From Tricharina praecox (Eukaryota), in assembly GCF_024521635.1 (NCBI RefSeq), contig NW_026250410.1:1178001-1242000 (forward strand): a DNA stretch of 64,000 bases, in the 5' to 3' direction. Below, piece after piece: positions 59,426 through 64,000 of this stretch. Positions within the stretch are counted from its first letter, which is position 1. Each line of letters opens with the position of its first letter. A program made the position numbers and the translations under genes. The notes under the pieces are model-generated. The model saw only the letters and a program-made list of their open reading frames with translations. It was not told the DNA's origin and did no database searches.

Positions 59426-62400
59426 TGATTCTACCGGCTCAGGGGTTCACTTCTTTCACATACGGTACCCACAGTAGGTGTCTAACGCAAGACATCGTCC
59501 TAGGTATCTAGTTACCAACAACTATATCTGCCGTGCACACGGGTCCGGTAACTACTCTACACCACTCGAGCACGTTTTTGCCACGTGGAGTGCACAGGAA
59601 GCTGGATTCTTAGCCGGGTGGAGACGGGCGTGGGTGATCGAGCGCGTGGGCAGTGGGCGGTGGGGCCGTAGTTACGGGGGGAGGAAACGAGAGGTTTCTT
59701 ACGTAGTCCGTGTACAGGACAAAGGCTGATGATGACTGCAGTTTGACTTGTGGCTGCCGTGTTTCGGGAGAGTGTAGAGTACTCTACCGGTAATCTAGTT
59801 ACTACATACCTAGCTGATATAATAATAATCCTGCGGACAGATTTGTGGCTGGTGAGCATGGCGTTGTCGGCAGGATTGTTTGATGAGCATTTGCGGGTCC
59901 CGACTCCCACCGGCCGCATCCGAAGTCAAATGTCTGAGTCGTAAGCCTGCCACCATCAGCATGGCCTGATTCTCGTCTCTTACCAGCGGTTGAATTACCA
60001 GAAAATTCCTGACAGGTGTCTGCTTTTTTTTTGTTGCGAGTGTCTCGAAAATCGCATGATCCCATCGCTTAGGTTTGCCAGGGTTGGTTGGTTTTGGGGG
60101 TGGCCATAAAACTGTCCTCCGTCTCGTCCGCCAGCCAGGGAGGCTAGCAGGGTAGAATCGTAGATCTTTCGTTAAGGGAAAAATTTAAAATATCCCGGCC
60201 GGTGTTGAAACTCCGCTGGTGGTTGTGGAGGCTGAATGAAATGCTTGGGGTGATTGTGTTCGTGACTCGACTGGCAGGAGGGCATCATGAGATCCGGTCT
60301 CCAGACTTATGGATAGTTAGCAGCTCATGTTTCTACGAAACACGGTGATTGACCAGCGAGGCAACTCCCAGTGTCGCTGGAGTGTTACAATTGCATTGGA
60401 AAGTACTCTACGTATTGTTGCGAGGCAAAATCTTCGCCGAGAAATTGTGTATGCAGACATGAGCTGACATTCGGTAATCCGTCCATAGCCAGGCCAGCCC
60501 CCCCACTCCTCGCCTGTAGGAGTTTCCGCAGCAGTCCGTTCGCCGCGCTCATCATCGAGCCTTTGGCGAAAGAAACCTGTGGAGGCTTCAGATCTACTGT
60601 CTCCAGAACCCCTAGATCTGCTGTTTCCACTGCCCTGTATGAGAGGCAACTGATTCTCTCGCCGTAACTAGTATGTACGTAGGCCGGTGAGGCGTGATGT
60701 AGCTCAAATTCACGACACGTGGAGAACGCGCGAGCGACTTGCGTTGCGGGTTCCCTGAGTGGATCCGGCCTCCAGTGTCCAGGTATATAGAGAATCTACT
60801 TTTACTATGGCTGGGTCTCGCCTGCAGACAGCATATTGGTGGTTGATTTGGTGGTTTGGGACATGCAAGTTATGTACGTACCCAAGCAAAGACATCTACA
60901 GAATATGTCAACGGATTCCTTACGTAGCATGGATCCCTGATGACAGTGATGTTGTGCGATGCGACTAGGCTCCTCAACCCGACATCGCAGCTCAACAGTG
61001 CTAGCATTACGGATGAGGCTCGGTGGTCTTTTGTTCTCCATCTACATGCCATATGTAGTATAGAATTTGGATCTTCACGATAAAAGACCACGACAAACCA
61101 AACGAACCACCCCGCGAGCTTTGACCGAAGATCCGCAAAACGTTAATTGATCATAATATAACTTGGCTACGACGGCCATTTAAACACTCCAAAAACTCAA
61201 GCGTGTCGTATTAATGGGAACTATAGAAACACCGCCGACAACGGTGCATAGGGGCTTCGGACTTTTGGCGGATGAACTGAACAGGGTGGTGTGCCGCAAT
61301 GGTAGGCATAAATGCTGGAGGAGAGACATATACATGTATGAATGCCTCGATAAATAGATACTGTTAGTCTGTTTGAGCTGCCGGGACATTGACTGCCCGG
61401 ATTTTAAGGGCTTCAAGGCACATCGTAGACAGTCAATACATATAGTAAAAGTCCGTGGCATTGGCCAATCCATCTAGAATATGGACGGTCGGTCTTCATA
61501 ATGCTTCCGAGGTTCTACTCTACCGTCCGGAGAAGCCCAAAGGAAGGGAAAAATCCCCAAACACAAAGCCCGGAAAATGGGATAAATGGCGGGTACCGGA
61601 CCAAGGATCCAGAAGCGAGTTCGATTCGTCGACCCAATGGGTGCAAGAGTATGGTAGAGTAACAACTACCGCTTGACTGCGTCAGATGCCGACCTTTCTC
61701 GACTTTCTCGTATGATTCCCATCTCAGGCTCCAGACGGGATTTGTCGGGAAAGCCCACAAGCGCTGGAAAGAGAGGCTCCGAGAGGTTACCGATACCTAT
61801 AATGGTGGTTTTTAAAATTTCCGTACTGTGTGGATCGATCCAGCCGCTTTTTCGTTTCCGCACGGCTTCCGCTGTAGCTGTCATGAGTTAGGTATGCGCG
61901 CAAGGCTAGTGCTTGTATCTGTCCCGGATGAAGTGGCGTGTCCTCGGTTTCAAAGCACCATGGGTGCCGGATGGCTACCCCTGCTGTATTTTTTTTATTC
62001 CTAGGCTGGAGATTCCTCGAACGACATGCCATCGGTGCATCGGTAAATCGGTATCGTAGGAGCTCTCGAGGTAGCGTACAGTTGTACATGCTTAAGGACA
62101 GTGAGGTCGGCAGCTTATTGCAACAGCTCGTCCCTGTGGTTTTTTGAATCGCTCCCAGCCAACTATTCCGGCAAGCCACAACCGCACAACAAATAAGTCG
62201 TTTCCGATTCCGAGTGCCTACCATACGTACTGCCTAAAGACGGAATATAAACACTCACACGGCCCTCCTCCTTTTCTTGCTAGCCCTACTAGTCTCCCGC
62301 AAGATACATACTACATAGCTTTTCGCTCGCCATCTCCAATCTAATACATACTTGGCTCAACAGTACGAACATCCTCCTCGAGCAAAAGACATACCGCATT

Positions 62401-62473
62401 CATTGGACGTCCTCCTTGACTATCGATTCCAGTGGTGCTTTCGTTCTTCTCTGAAAAAGACGAATACTTTTGT

Positions 62474-63539
62474 ATGAAAGACAACATGTGGGCCGACTAT
62501 CCATTCCCGTTAATATCCACTCCGGCTGTTGACCGCGGCGTATGATCTCCTCCTCCTCCCCTTCTTCTGTTTTCCGGGCATATGGCTAATCGTTTTTGTG
62601 GATATTCAGTACACCGACCAATTCGTCAAATCCTCGTCGAAAATGGCATTAACGCACAACGTCCTGATCCGAGGCATGAACGCCATGTACCTGCAGTGCG
62701 AATACGTCACGCCCGACACGACCTACGACTTTCTGACGTTCTGCCAATGCTGGAGCGAGATGCTGCACAACCACCACGAGTGCGAGGAGATGGCGTATTT
62801 CCCGGTAATAGAGAAGGCCGTTGGCGTCGAGGGACTGGCGGAGTCGAATTTGGACGAGCATGAGGTGCGTACTCTCTCTCTCCCTCCCGTCCTCGGATTT
62901 CGTGTGTGTACAGTCGATGTCTGACGAACGTTTCCATCAACACAGGCCTTCATGCCCGGACTCCGTAAGTTCGACGACTACGTCTACAACGCCACGCCCT
63001 ACAATTTCTCGGGCCAGAAGCTCTACCAGATCCTCGACTCGTTCGCCGCGGCCCTGCAGATGCATTTGACCGACGAGATTGTGTGGATCCTCTCGCTCAG
63101 CAAATACAAGCACCTGGACCTAGCCGCGATTGATGTCCAGCACGGCATGTACGTGAAAGCGCACTCCTCGCGCCTCCGGCTGCTCCCGTACCTCCTCACG
63201 AACCACGACCTCACCTACGAAGGCGGGATTCACTCCTGGTGGCCAACGGGCAACAGAGCCCGCGATATGTTCCTGCGGTATATCTGCACGCTGTGGAATC
63301 GGGGCGCGTGGAAGTACAGTGCCTGCTCGCTCGGCGGGAAACCGAGGCGGCTCCAGGGGATAAAGTGGGATAAGCTCGACGACGTCACGGTCGAGACGGC
63401 TATGGTGGAGCTGGATATCGAGATCGGTCCCAAGCCGCCGGATAAGGCGTATACCAGGATTTCGAAGGAGGTGCCGCATGTCACGCATAGCCCGAGTGAA
63501 AGCCAGTTCAGCTCGAGGAGTGTGACGAGGCTAGTTTGA
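62474..63539 (+). CDS. Hemerythrin/HHE cation-binding domain protein, 304 aa; join(62474..62539,62610..62864,62946..63539)
   Basis: 'WADYPFPLISTP', 'MALTHNVLIRGMNAMYLQ', 'HNHHECEE..YFP', 'EHEAF', 'HLTDEI'; two GT-AG introns that restore the frame. Confidence 0.92.
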
Positions 63540-64000
63540 GTGAAGATACGAGTTTGAGAGGGTCGGTTTCGTTGGCGTTTTTCTTTTCTCATTGGGGAGG
63601 GGTTTGTTTTTGTTTTTGTTTTTGGAAAAATGGGGGTGTTACGTGATATAGAAACTCAGCTTTGTGATAGACGGCAACAAACGGTCGATTTTTTTTACCT
63701 AAATAGTTACATATTTACTTACTATAATAGTACAAGTACATACATGAAAACGCAAGATTCGAAGCAGAAGACGACCACAAAATTTCTCCCGTGAAGCCAT
63801 GAAGATGTGAGGATGATGTACCTATCATAGTAGGTGTGTCATAATCTTGCCACAACCGATCAGATATCATGATCACGAACATGCGCAGCAAACAACCGTC
63901 CAACCGTCCACTACTCCACTTTGGTTACGTGGGGCGCGGCAAATCCAACAGATAGTGAACGTATACCGGAGTAGGTAGTATTCCTACCTATGTACTTTAT

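Overview
GC-rich, intron-containing DNA from a filamentous ascomycete. Evidence for this is GT-AG introns with CTAAC branch points plus AA11, DUF3433 and GPR1/FUN34 genes; Pezizomycotina is inferred. About 13 coding loci are present: a GPR1/FUN34/YaaH transporter, a truncated SDR, a small coiled-coil ORF, a conserved hypothetical, a MAPEG glutathione transferase, a 957-aa Pro/Ser-rich protein, an F-box-like/ankyrin protein, a DUF3433 membrane protein, an AA11 LPMO, a 200-aa hypothetical, an RNase H-like protein lacking two catalytic Asp, NSA1, and a hemerythrin/HHE protein. They are separated by long, microsatellite-rich spacers. Main observation: the spacers are not random. Almost every gene sits between a pair of degenerate inverted repeats, with upstream DNA resembling the reverse complement of downstream DNA in collinear blocks. 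I saw no sequence shared between different pairs. The stem-loop units tile the window nearly end to end (about 1.8-2.5, 3.6-8.1, 8.2-10.0, 10.1-13.0, 13.3-16.0, 16.2-23.9, 23.9-27.3, 27.6-33.8, 34.1-44.0, 44.3-53.3, 53.4-59.4 and 61.9 to >64 kb). Some units are empty and some are nested. All matches were found by eye and need computational confirmation.
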